Positions 1 through 11,323 of a DNA stretch of 45,929 bases are shown piece after piece (positions within the stretch are counted from its first letter, which is position 1; each line of letters opens with the position of its first letter). Both the position numbers and the translations under genes were made by a program. The stretch covers positions 1,554,360 through 1,600,288 of the forward strand of contig ML992504.1 in assembly GCA_010093995.1 (NCBI GenBank), written 5' to 3'. The DNA comes from Elsinoe ampelina (Eukaryota). The notes beneath the pieces were generated by a model. It worked only from the letters and a program-made list of their open reading frames with translations, had not been told where the DNA came from and ran no database searches.

Positions 1-294
1 GCCTATGAAGATGTATTGTCTGTATACAAAAAGTGGTAAAGCCGGTACAGCTTGGCGGGCCCGTGCGCCAGGATTTCTGAAAGTGAGCCTTGGCCCGTTT
101 CAGATCTGGCTCACAACGGCTATCCGGAGTCAATTTTGGGTGCACCAAATATTTGAAGTGGACTGAAGCTAGTTCATTTTCAATCGTAAAAAGCAAGTTC
201 ATTACGGCATCTCCTCATGATTATGTTCCATGACCATTCATATGCACACCCCCCAGCAAAGCTTTTTGTGATCGTGGGCGGTAATTTGCCTCTA

Positions 295-2770
295 TTAGCG
301 TGGCATGCCCGCAATCTCACGAATCCTCCATCTCCAGGCATGTGTGTCTGGTCTTGGTGCACCGTCCAGGCCAGTGAACCAAGACTCGCAACGACGCCTC
401 CAGACTACCTCTTCTTCCTTCTGCCTACGAATGAACTCCGGTCCTAGGTCGAACTCCTCCCCGACGAGCCACTCGTCGTTAGCAAGACCACCACCTTGAC
501 CATGTCCTACTGATGCTCCAGCTCCAGTAGGAGTGGCAGCTGCATTGATGTCTTTGAGATCATCGATGCCGGCGAAAGGGTCCTCGTCGTCCTCATCAAT
601 CTGAGGTGATGCTTTGGCGCTGGGAGTTCGGTGCTGCTGGTCGGGTTTGACCTTGAGCCAACACATCCTCACAGGGTCGAACACCATGCCTCCGACGACT
701 TGAATATTTTGTGTGCTGTTGGCAGACATCGGCGCAATGAGAGCTGGCCTGGGTGGCGAAGGCACAGGAGCTGGGTGGTCATAATGACCAAGATAGGAGT
801 GCGAACGTTGATGTGTGAGCGGAGTCGGAGTTGGGAGAGGAGGAGGGAAGTCGAATACGTTCAAGGTGTTCTCATTGCCTTCCCAACGATGTGTTTGAGG
901 GTTGTAGATCATGCCTTTTTCGGCTGAGAGAAGGTTAGCGGAGATGAAGGAGGGAAGGGGGATGGAGTTGGGAGAAGGAAAGAAGTCGCGGGGAAGCCAT
1001 ACACTTGACAATGGTTGCATCGCCTGGCTTGATCAGCCCAGGCTGTATGCGTCTGCCCTTGTTCCGAGCTGCACTAGGAGAAGTATGTGGGCTTCTGGCA
1101 GCGATCTGGGCCTTCCAGTTTGTGCTGACGGGCATCAATGGCCCTTCGCTACGTGGGCGTGGGACGTTCGCGAGGCGCGATTCGCGAGCTATACGGCTGG
1201 CTGCAGTGTCGCGGAGGTAGCGCGGAGTATTGGAAGACTCCTGGAAGACCTTGAGAGGACTCCTCGGTGTCTGAGGACCAGGTAGTGGGGTGGACATGCG
1301 GTCTGTCAAAGCTGAGCGAGCGCCAGTGCCGTGCTCCCTGAGATCGAGTCTGCTTGGGATATTACGCAGGGTCTTTGGCGCTGTCCTCATCGATGGCTGC
1401 TTGAGAAACTTGGATTCCTTCGTCACCGATGTTGGCAAGTCATCAAAGACCTCGAGCTCTGAGCCGTCACCAAAGAAACGTTTCTTCTGGGGCTTGGTAA
1501 GGGTACGCTTTGCTGCAGCCTCCCGGAGCAGGTCTTTTGGCGCAAATTCCGTCCTTCTCGAAGTTCTTGATGGCGTGTCCGGCACGTAGGCATTTGACAA
1601 TCGAGAGAACGATCGAGGGGGTGGGGAGAGTCCTCTGTGCGGATCCGAGTCTCTTCGCAAATGCTGTGATGAAGACTTTGCATTGACATGATGCGATTGC
1701 ACTGAAGACCCAGCCGGGAGAAACGGTACGCTTGGCTTCGAGCTGAGGTTGTAATTGCTCTTCATGACTGGCATGGATCGCTTGGAGCGGAGAAGTTGCG
1801 CACTTGTCGTGGTAGGTTGTAAGCGATGTCGAGCTACTGAGGTCGCGCCGGGTTCCATGACAGGCTCCAGACGAGATGAATTCGGCTTGACACTGGGGAC
1901 TGGTCGAGGTATTCTCGTAGATTTCTCGATGAAGGTCACAGTGGTTGCCGGAGCGCGTGTCGGCGGGACCAGATTACTCCTTGAAGACTTTTGCTTGACG
2001 TTCTTGTGAAGAGTAAGTTTCTTCGGGTCGAAAACATCGCCACCGCCAACCTCGAGGTCGTCAAAGAAGTTGTCAGATTCTTGCAGAAATTTGGGTGATT
2101 TCGGCGCTTGTTGTGCCTTTGGTTGTTCGATGGGAGTTACTGGTTCTGGTGACTTTGCAGCTTCAGCAGCTTGACGTTTGCGAAGTAGGCTCTGAAGGTC
2201 GACATCTCCTCCAGGCAGTTCCAATCCTCCAAAATCATCTTCACTTTCGGCAGTCTGACTTCCCAGACTTGGGCTCATGGCAGAGGTCGATCCACTTCTA
2301 GTCCTTCCCTGCTTACTTGTGCCTGCAAATCGTATTCCCAGGCTGCCCTCGAATTCATCAAAGTCGTCGTGTTCTTCATCATCGTTAATCGTTGGTGGAG
2401 GTTCCACCTTTCGTGGCTTCAGTGTGAGTCCTCCAATAGATGGTATATCCAAGTCATCTCCCCATCCATCGTCAAGTCGTTGTCGTGAATTCTTCTTTCC
2501 CAATCTCTTGATACTCCCTCCGACCAATGCTGAGGCCGGAACATTGGCCGGTATTGGTACTCCCGCCCGTTTCGCGGATTGAATAGCATGTGTGGTCGAA
2601 TTGTCATCATTCGGTGATACTTGGAGCTGCCAGTCCTCCTCACCAGTGTTTGATTCGGAATTGACAGATAGTCGCGAGGATAGAGATGTTTGCACTGTCG
2701 AGACCGAGTGCGCGAAGAGGTCTCCTTGAAAGTCTCCATCATCATCCCAGCTCTCTACGGCGGCCGTCAT
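295..2770 (-). CDS. byr4: Cytokinesis regulator Byr4/Bfa1-like (SIN/MEN two-component GAP subunit); 2 exons, intron 924..1002
   Basis: ORFs 935..2908 and 295..1020 join via GTATGG...CTAAC...CAG to give ...TIVKSEKGMIYNPQTHRWEGNE. Contains N-terminal ESWDDDGD, FFGDGSELEVFDDLP and the C-terminal GMIYNP..RWEGNE / GGMVFDPVRMCWLK repeats typical of Byr4. First ATG in frame is at 2770 (the ORF track starts at a non-ATG codon). Confidence 0.85.
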
Positions 2771-3348
2771 TTCGACGGTGACGCGCGCAGAAGCTGCGCT
2801 TGAAGATCCGAGTAATGTCGCAGGACCTGGCGATGCAGGGAGAAAGTGTGATGGAGTGATGTGCGGTGGGATGTGACGACTTGCGAAAATGGGTGGCTTG
2901 GGAGACAAACGAAGCCGTCGGGGGCTGGGCCGACCGATCAGGTCAAGCGTGCCGGGCTCTTTTGACTTTTGTCCGTGCCCCTGACCCTGAATCTACACGA
3001 CTTTGACGCTTCTGCAGGAACAGAAGGTTCATGTGATCAGAACGAACGTCGCAAGGGTGCCATGGCGGTTGCGACCGAGAACCTAATGGACAAAGCACTC
3101 GAATTGAATAAAATCATCTTCAGGCAGCGGTAAGTTAAAGGACAGGCTGCTACGGTCAGACGGAAAAACTGGTCCTGGTTCTGAGTGTTGCCTGGGTCAA
3201 TGTGTATTCACTTCCAAACATTTGGCCAGCTTTTGCCTGTCAACAATCGGAACCACGGCTCATTTCGAGGCAAAGACGACTGATGTCGTTCACCAACTGA
3301 CCCTGGTCAATACCCTGGGATCCACAACGAAGATTTCGAGGAAATTCA

Positions 3349-4443
3349 ATGGCAACCTCCAGTGTCCTACGTATTCGAAGGACAGATGCTGGGGATGGTG
3401 ACTACGTGATCGCCAGAGTAGAACAATCGAAATCTGGCAGATTGGATCTATTGGTTTATGCTACCGACGGCGAGCAGGTGTACCTGGCGAGATTAAAACA
3501 CACGGAAATAGAGAGCCTACAGAGTAAGACGGGCAAGACTTCACTCGAGGATTGGCACAATGTCCTATCTGCAAAGCTATTGCAAACAGAGGGCGACCTG
3601 TCAAGTAAGGTCGTTCAGGATATCGAATTGGTGGCCTCCATCAGCGACAATATGACCTTGACGTTTCGCAAGAATATTGGCAAGATCACGGTGAGCATCA
3701 TGAGGGACATGCTTCAAAAAGGCAAGCACTGAACCAAGTAGCAACGCCTGGGAGATGTAGTCCTCAAGCCCAACGATGATGTGGAATTGAGCATACTGGA
3801 TTGGACGGCCGAGTCGGCAGCGAAAGTAGCAACGCTTCAAGATCGCACATCATCATTGGAGTCACAACTACGAGAGCAGCAGCAACAAGTTGCGGAGCTC
3901 AAAAAGCAACTCGATGATGCTGCGCAGCACCAGCGGAGTGAACAGGAACTATTGATCCAGGAATTTGCAGCTCTTCTTAACACCAAGAAGCTCAAAATAC
4001 GAGACCAACAGCGTCAGCTTCTTCGTGCTGGAATTGATCCAAATGACCACAGATCATCTGCCCAGCGTCCAGCGGCTAATGGCAGTAAGCGCAAAGCTGC
4101 GGCGGATACGAATGACCGGGACGAAGATGGTGATGGCGAGGAGAATGCCGGTGAAGAAGATGCTGACATGAGCGATGCTACCCAGCGGACGGAGAGCCCA
4201 GAGCCTGAGGACGACGATGGTTTGGATCAGGTCATCAATCAACGTGAAGCTGTATCTGAGCAAGAAACAACCTCGCAAAGATCTGATGGGAAGAAACAAC
4301 CAGACGCGGATCTCACAAAGATCCCACCCAGGAGAGAGCTGCCATTTGCACAGTCCAATGGACACAGCACAAAGGCCAGACCAGTACAGAAGGGTAAATC
4401 ACCTATCGGGGCAGATGATGATGAGACGGATGACGAGCTCTGA
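3349..4443 (+). CDS. XRCC4/Lif1-like non-homologous end-joining protein; intron 3691..3741
   Basis: ORFs 3349..3732 and 3781..4443 join via GTGAGC...TAG to give RKNIGKITQRLGDVVLKP. Head domain (LLVYATDGEQVY), coiled coil ending FAALLNTKKLKIRDQQR (XRCC4-type LNxKKxKIR motif) and acidic tail ending DDDETDDEL. Confidence 0.75.
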
Positions 4444-4937
4444 GTGTGAGCTCGACGTCTACGGCCAGGATCAGATCATGACACACCATACCAAATTATG
4501 AAGATTACCATCCGGTGCCGCAAGTCCCAAATCAATGAGACCCTTGACCTTTGTGCCGTGAAAGACCAGCAAATTTTCAACGAGGCGGTGTGAGCCAATC
4601 GGCATGTTCCCAGCCGCAATTCGACGTCTGGCGCCCACGTGCTTGCTTGGGCTGTCGTCTTTTGCCCGTGTCCTTCACGCCTAAAACTCACCCCCCATCG
4701 CACCATCATCTATCGTTCGAACGGGGATTACCAGCGCGCAGCAAGTCGAGCGCACATCCCCCAGATACACCGGGGACTGAGCTTCCTGACAGTCTCTGTA
4801 GACTGCATTCGACATAAACCGGCTGCGTGCTCCCTTTCCCGCAAAGCCTTTGTACGACCGAGTATGCTCTCGCTCCGTTCTCGACGTGGCAGCGTAGGTG
4901 CTAGGACAGCCAGGGCAAGAGCCAGGACCACGCGCAG

Positions 4938-6063
4938 ATGTCTACATTGACTTCATCTGCTTCACCAGCAGCATCACCACGCCTCACTCCCTACAACCAA
5001 TATAGATCTACACGACCAACCCAATCGCCTTCGAATTCTTCAAAACCACCTACACCTCCAACTTTCTCGAGAAGTACATTTGCGCAACCAGCGGTGCCCC
5101 AATCGCCTAGACAGCAACCAAAATCTCAATACGCTGATGCAGCGACACAATACTCCCCAGAAGGCTATCCACCCACGGCGACAAAGTCATATGAGCCGAG
5201 CAACCGCAATAAGCGGAAGCAGGCTTCAACACCACCACCGATGAGTCCAGAAAAGGATGCAGGATCCACACCGCCTCCCGAACCGAATCCTCGAGTTTCT
5301 CCCTCCAATGCAGAGAAAACTGCGATAGACTCTGCAGCAGCCGTGGTGAAGGATCCAGTCGAAGAGAGTAAAGGGGCTACAATAGCACAGCTAGCGCCTA
5401 AAAAGGCCAAAGTGGACTCCAAGGGCATCAAGATCATGCCCCGGCAGTATGAGACGTGCGATCCGAAAGATTTGGGTGTGTTGATTGCGGATATGCTTAT
5501 GGAATTGATACGACTTAATGATAAGATACCCTTGAAAGACGGCAAACTTACTAGATTTCATTCAAGGTTTGTTCTCGGGCAAGGCGGAGCTGTGAATGGT
5601 GCTGACTGGATACAGAGCGCCTCCTGGCATATCATGCCACGATTACCTCAACCGACTAATTCAGCATGCAACACTTTCGCCCCCGATTCTCCTCTCAATG
5701 GTGTACTACATCGATCGACTATGCGCTCTCTATCCTGCCTTTACGATTGGCAGCCTTACAGTTCATAGGTTCTTGATCACAGCGGCCACAGTAGCTTCAA
5801 AAGGACTCAGCGATAGCTTTTGGACAAACCCTACATACGCAAGAATTGGAGGCATAAGTACCAGTGAGCTGGCGACGCTGGAGCTGGATTTTCTTCAGAG
5901 GGTTCACTTCCGGATCGTACCCAAGCCGGAGACATTAGTCGACTACTATATGAGTCTGGTGCAAAGAAGCGATGATTATAGACTGGAGGATGAGGCACTC
6001 TCGTCTTCTGCGTCGCTAGAGTCGGAGCCGATATCTGATCCTATGGAAGAAGATCCGTCATGA
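4938..6063 (+). CDS. PHO80: Pho80/PREG-type cyclin (nuc-1 negative regulator family); intron 5567..5615
   Basis: Spliced junction gives LTRFHSRAPPGISCHDYLNRL, followed by the cyclin box (LLSMVYYIDRL, TVHRFLITAATVASKGLSDSFWTNPTYARIGGI, LELDFL). Long Ser/Pro-rich N-terminus. Confidence 0.88.
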
Positions 6064-6133
6064 AGTACTCGCCTGGAGGCATTTGACAAGATGGGTCGGT
6101 GCACGTCAATTATATCTACAAAAGCCTACCATC

Positions 6134-7089
6134 TTACACGCTGGCGTTGAATTCATCAACAATCTCCCTGGCAGCCTTGACAATGTCAATGGCCCCGGGA
6201 GAGTCAGAGTGGCAGCACAGAGATACCTCATGGTCATCTATGGGCAATTCAACCTCTTCTCCAGTCACAGCTGTCACGCTGGAGTTCTCGACCTGATTCC
6301 GGATGTGCTTCTGCGTCTCTTCGGGCTTCCAAGCTCTGTGACCGTTAGCGCCATTCCCGCATTTAAGGGTATCACCAGGCCTACTTCTTCTTCCGATCAA
6401 TTACCAGGGTCCGATCCTTGTTGTACTGTACGTCGCCATACAACTCAGCCGTGAAAGGTAATTCGAGCTCCTTCGCGACTTGTTCGTGATAGGTGCCAGC
6501 TAGACCAAAAACTCGAGTCCCAGCTGGAACGCCAGCATAAGCTGCTCGACACGTCTCCACATCTCTGTACATCATTCCTGAGATGGATCAGTGAAGGGCG
6601 AATCTGATCACGGAATCTACCAACCATAGAGAACGCCATGTGGCTTTACGTGGTGCAGAGGCACATTCTCCGCATCCAAGAAACCCTTGAGAGCGCCTAC
6701 CTGGTACCGGACCATGGCGGTAATTTCTTCAGGAGACATTTTGATCTCCCTACGGCCAAAACCCTGGATATCTGGTAGTCCCGGATGCGCACCTATAGCG
6801 ATGTTGTTCTTCTTGCATGCCCGCACTGTTTCCTGCATGATGAGTGGGTCACCAGCATGAAAGCCGCACGCAATCTAGCAAAGGTCAGATCATACAGCTA
6901 CTACACGAATGTAATCATAGAGCGACATGCATTTGCATGATCAATCAACGGGATGAGCTCGTCGTCTGGTCCGCATTTGAAATTACCGTATCCTGTATCG
7001 GTTATCAGCGAAGCTTATCCAAAGCGTCATTGCCCCGCACCTTCACCCAGGTCAACATTGATCTTGACCTTTTGCTTCAGTCGACCCAT
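6134..7089 (-). CDS. lamB: LamB/YcsF (5-oxoprolinase PxpA-like) protein; 5 exons, introns 6993..7040, 6875..6930 (GC-AG), 6578..6624, 6336..6384
   Basis: Reconstructed protein [47 protein letters not shown]...[16 protein letters not shown]...[10 protein letters not shown]...AELYGDVQY...[11 protein letters not shown] carries all LamB/YcsF signature motifs. Confidence 0.93.
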
Positions 7090-7232
7090 TGTGTCACTTC
7101 CCAGTATTGATTTTGAGATTATGTACGACTAGCTGACAAGACAGATTGTAGCTCGATTGAATATACCAAGCTCGGTTCCGGATTGATCGTCACGGCTCCA
7201 AAGCACGACTCCAACGCCTCCAATTGACCCCT

Positions 7233-7321
7233 CTTATCACCAACCCGAGGAAGCTCGATCTGCCAATCCCACCTCCAATCGATCCTGACCTCACCAAGGC
7301 CCCATCTACCCCTCCTTATCA
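7233..7321 (-). promoter_or_regulatory. Two TGATAAG GATA-factor (AreA/NIT2-type) sites in the lamB/lamA divergent promoter
   Basis: CTTATCA at 7233..7239 and 7315..7321 in the 366-bp intergenic region. Consistent with nitrogen metabolite control, but short motifs are weak evidence alone. Confidence 0.4.
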
Positions 7322-7455
7322 GCCATGGCACACAACCGGCACCTGTCACCTGGTAGGCCCCCATTCACTCCCTCCAGGATTACTCCGGACCAATGGGCAC
7401 CTACATATCCCCCCTCCCACTACCATCCCCGATACCACCAACCTAGCATGCACCC

Positions 7456-10400
7456 ATGGAACGCATCAAATCCATCCTCATAGCCAACAGAGGCGAAATC
7501 GCCGTCCGCCTCTGCCGCACCGCCCGAAACCTCCACCTACGCACCATCGCAATCTACACCAACGCCGACGCCGCCTCCCTGCACGTGACTGCAGCTGACG
7601 AAGCGATCCTCCTATCAGGTCCAGACAGCACAGCCTACACCGACGGCGACGCCATCATCGCCATTGCGAAGGCGCAGGGCGCCGACGCGATCTTTCCTGG
7701 TTATGGCTTTTTGTCGGAGAACGCGGACTTTGCGAGGAGGGTGAGGGGGGCGGGGCTGGCGTGGATAGGCCCGGCGCTCGAGGTAATCGAGAAGTTTGGC
7801 GTGAAGCATGTTGCGCGTCAATTGGCGGAGGAGGCCGGGGTGCCTGTTGTGCCGGGCAGCAAAGGGCTACTGCGGGGCGGGGAGGAGGCGGAGAGGGAGG
7901 CGCAGAGGGTGGGGTTTCCGGTCATGCTGAAGGCTACGGGGGGTGGTGGTGGGATGGGGTTGGTAGTCTGCAGGGATACAGGGGAGGTGAGGAAGGGGTT
8001 TGAGATGGTGAAGAGTAGAGGGCAGGCGTTGTTCAGAGACTCTGGAGTGTTTCTGGAGAGATACGTGGAGAAGGGTCATCATGTTGAGGTGCAAGTATTT
8101 GGGAACGGGCAGGGTAAGGCAGTAGCGTTTGGTGAGAGGGAATGCAGCATTCAGCGGCGACACCAGAAGGTGGTCGAGGAGTGTCCGAGTCCGTTTGTGG
8201 AGAGACACGATGGTTTGAGGAAGAGGTTGTGCGATGCTGCTGTCAAGTTGTCGGAGAGCATCAACTATGGTTCTGCTGGGACGATTGAGACACTAGTCGA
8301 CGATGCGACTGGGGACTTTTACTTCCTGGAAATGAATACACGATTACAGGTCGAGCACGGTATCACGGAGCTCTGCTACAATGTCGACCTTGTGGAACTC
8401 ATGATCAAACAAGCTGATGCTGAATTGGCTGGCAAAGGCGGGCTCGAGGCGAGCTATTTGCAGTCGCTTGTACCTGAAGGACCCTCTGGGCATGCCATTG
8501 AGGCGCGAGTGTATGCTGAGAACCCACTCAAGGGCTTCACTCCTGCTCCTGGACTGCTACAAGATGTACACTGGAACGAGATTGAGGGCAGCCGCATAGA
8601 TACCTGGGTCTTCACAGGAGCAAGGGTGACTCCAAATTACGATCCGATGATTGCCAAAGTCATGTACCATGGCGAGACTAGAGAGCAATCAGTCAAGGGC
8701 ATCCTCGAAGTCCTTTCTGGCTCACGAGTATCTGGACCTCCTACCAACCTTGACTTCCTGTCCCAAGTCATTCTCTCAGACGACTTCGCCTCTGGCAATA
8801 CCATCACTGCTTTCTTGGATACATTCGAGTATTCACCATCAGTAATCGATGTGATCAGTCCTGGAGCTTACACACTTATACAAGACCTACCAGCTCGGCC
8901 TTCCGTGGGGAAAGGCATCCCGCACTCTGGTCCAATGGACCCAATGGCTTTCCAGATTGCCAACATGCTCGTTGGGAATGATCGGACGAGGGAAGGCCTT
9001 GAGATCACCCTCAATGGCCCAGAGCTTCACTTCATCGGCGCTGCAGTCGTAGCGCTGACTGGCGCGTCTATGGATTTCCTGCTCGACGGCGAGACTGTAC
9101 AGATGTGGTCGAGGATACATATCAAGCCCGGCCAGAAACTCAAGATTGGAAAGACTCTTGCTGGTGGGTGCCGATCGTATCTGGCTGTGTATGGTGGGTT
9201 CCCATCAGTGGCTGAATACTTTGGCTCGAAGAGCACTTCTCCACTTGTAGCGATCGGAGGCTACCAGGGTCGCCAACTTGCACCGGGAGATCTATTGTCA
9301 ATCTCAAAGGATATTCCGGATGCTTTGTCCTCCCAAATAGGTTTGCCTGAACACGTCGTACCAAAATACGGGGACGATTGGGAGATCATGGCCATGGTCG
9401 GTCCCCACTCGGATGGATACTTTCTCCCTGAGGATATCGAAATGATCTACTCGACGAAGTGGAAAATATCACACAATGCCAGTCGGAGTGGCATTAGATT
9501 GGTAGGGCCAGTCCCCAAATGGGCACGCAAGGATGGTGGCGAAGGTGGCTCACATCCGAGTAATCTGGTCGAATACGGCTATCCTCTCGGAGCACTGAAT
9601 TGGACTGGTGACGATCCCTGCATCTTTCCGGTTGATTGTCCGAATTTTGGCGGTTTTGTATCGAGCACTACGATCATTCGAGCTGAATGGTGGAAGATGG
9701 GACAAATCAAGGCTGGTGATACCATGCAGTACAAACGGGTGACCTTGGATGAAGCCCTGTCACTACGCAAAGACAACGACGCTTTCCTCGACAGTGTAGA
9801 GTCAGCTATCAAGTCGAACAGCTCACTTGACTCTATCAAGCCTATCAATGCTCACTTTGAGCCATCATCGATTGGCGACGACGCGATCATCTGGCAACGT
9901 GAAGCTACCGACAAACTTCCTCAAGTCCGCTATCGTCAAGGAGGTGACGACCATCTCATCGTCGAATACGGCAATGAGCAATTTGACCTCAACCACCGCT
10001 GCCGGGTGACCGCCCTCGAAACCGCGCTCCGCTCCCCTTCAGCCCCCTCCTTCCTCAAGTCCCACCTCATCAACACCGTCGGCTGCTGCACCTCCCTAAC
10101 CCTCTACTACAACGGGGCCCTCCTCCCCCGACCCCGACTAATCTCCCACCTCCAACACCTCGAAACCCTCCTCGGCGACCTCTCCACCACCAAAGTCCCC
10201 AACCGCACCTTCACCCTCCCCCTCTCCTTCGAGTCCCGCCCGCAGACCGATGCCATCCAACGCTACATCGAGACCCAACGACCACACGCCCCATACCTCC
10301 CGGACAACCTCTCCTTCGTCGCGCAAAACAACGCCTTCACCCCCTCGCAGCTCAAAGACATCTACCTCACGGGCTCCTTCCTCGCCGTCGTCGTCGGCTT

Positions 10401-11213
10401 CTTCTGCGGCAACACCGTCTCCCTCCCCGTCGACCCACGCCAACGCATGTCCTGCCCGAAACAAAACCCCTCGCGCGTCTTCACCCCCGAGGGGACGGTG
10501 AGCTGGGGCGGTAGCTGCATGAGCATCTACCCCGTGGACAGTCCAGGGGGTTACCAGATGACGGGACGAACGGTGCCTTGCTTTGATTACTTTGGGTGGA
10601 AGAAGGGGTTCAGCAGGGACAGGCCGTGGTTGTTCCGGGATTTTGACGTTTTGACGTATAAGAGGGTGAGTGAGGCGGAGTTGGATGAGGTGTTGGCGCG
10701 GTTTGGGAGTGGGAGGTATGAGTTTGAGTTTGTGGAGGGGGAGTTTGATATGGGGGCGCATAATGGGTTGTTGGAGCGGACGAGGGAGGAGGTGAGGGGG
10801 ATTAGGGAGAGGCAGAGGGTGGCGCAGGGGGAGATGGTGAGGGCTGAGGAGGAGAGTTTGGTGAGGTGGAGGGAGGAGAAGGCGAGGAGTAGGGGGGATG
10901 AGGGGCTGGTGGAGGGGTTGGTGAATGGTGAGTCTGATGTGGGCATGTTGGGTGTGGGTGCTGATGCTGGGCAGATCCGAAGATTGTTAGTGTTGATGCG
11001 CCGGTGGATGCGAATGTTTGGAAAGTGGAGGTCAAGGAGGGAGAGATGCTGGGGGCGGGTAAGATGGTGGCGATATTGGAGGCGATGAAATTGGAGATTG
11101 GAGTGAACGCGCCGGAGGATTTGACAGAGGGGACGAAGGTAGAGAAGCTGCTAGTCTTGCCGGGTGAGACGATCAAGGCAGGTGGGAGGATAGCGCTGCT
11201 ACGGACACCTTGA
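7456..11213 (+). CDS. lamA: Stand-alone urea-carboxylase-like biotin enzyme (biotin carboxylase + AHS2/AHS1 carboxyltransferase + biotin carrier), LamA-like; intron 10928..10974
   Basis: ILIANRGEIA, PGYGFLSEN, KATGGGGGMG, RECSIQRRHQKVVEE and FLEMNTRLQVEH (BC domain); GIPHSGPMD, GGYQGRQL, SRSGIRL (AHS2/PxpC-like); SPGGYQMTGRT (AHS1/PxpB-like); last exon gives ILEAMKLEI (biotinyl-Lys). There is no N-terminal amidase domain, so it is not a Dur1,2 fusion. Divergent from lamB as in Aspergillus nidulans. Confidence 0.9.
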
Positions 11214-11323
11214 TCACTCGCGACTCAAGGGAATGCGTGTGTGACAGAGCTTATTGGTTGGTATATTCGAAACGAGCTACAAAAGAGAGACAACTATGTA
11301 CAACCATCTTCACCTCCCCACAA

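Noticed and set aside
2771..2908. N-terminal extension of Byr4 in the ORF track
   Set aside because: Begins at a non-ATG codon; the first ATG is at 2770, just before the conserved WDDD motif.
10928..11088. C-terminus of the 1210-aa ORF (…RRERCWGRVRWWRYWRR) as a frameshifted or truncated carboxylase
   Set aside because: Explained by a canonical intron at 10928..10974 that restores the biotin-carrier domain.
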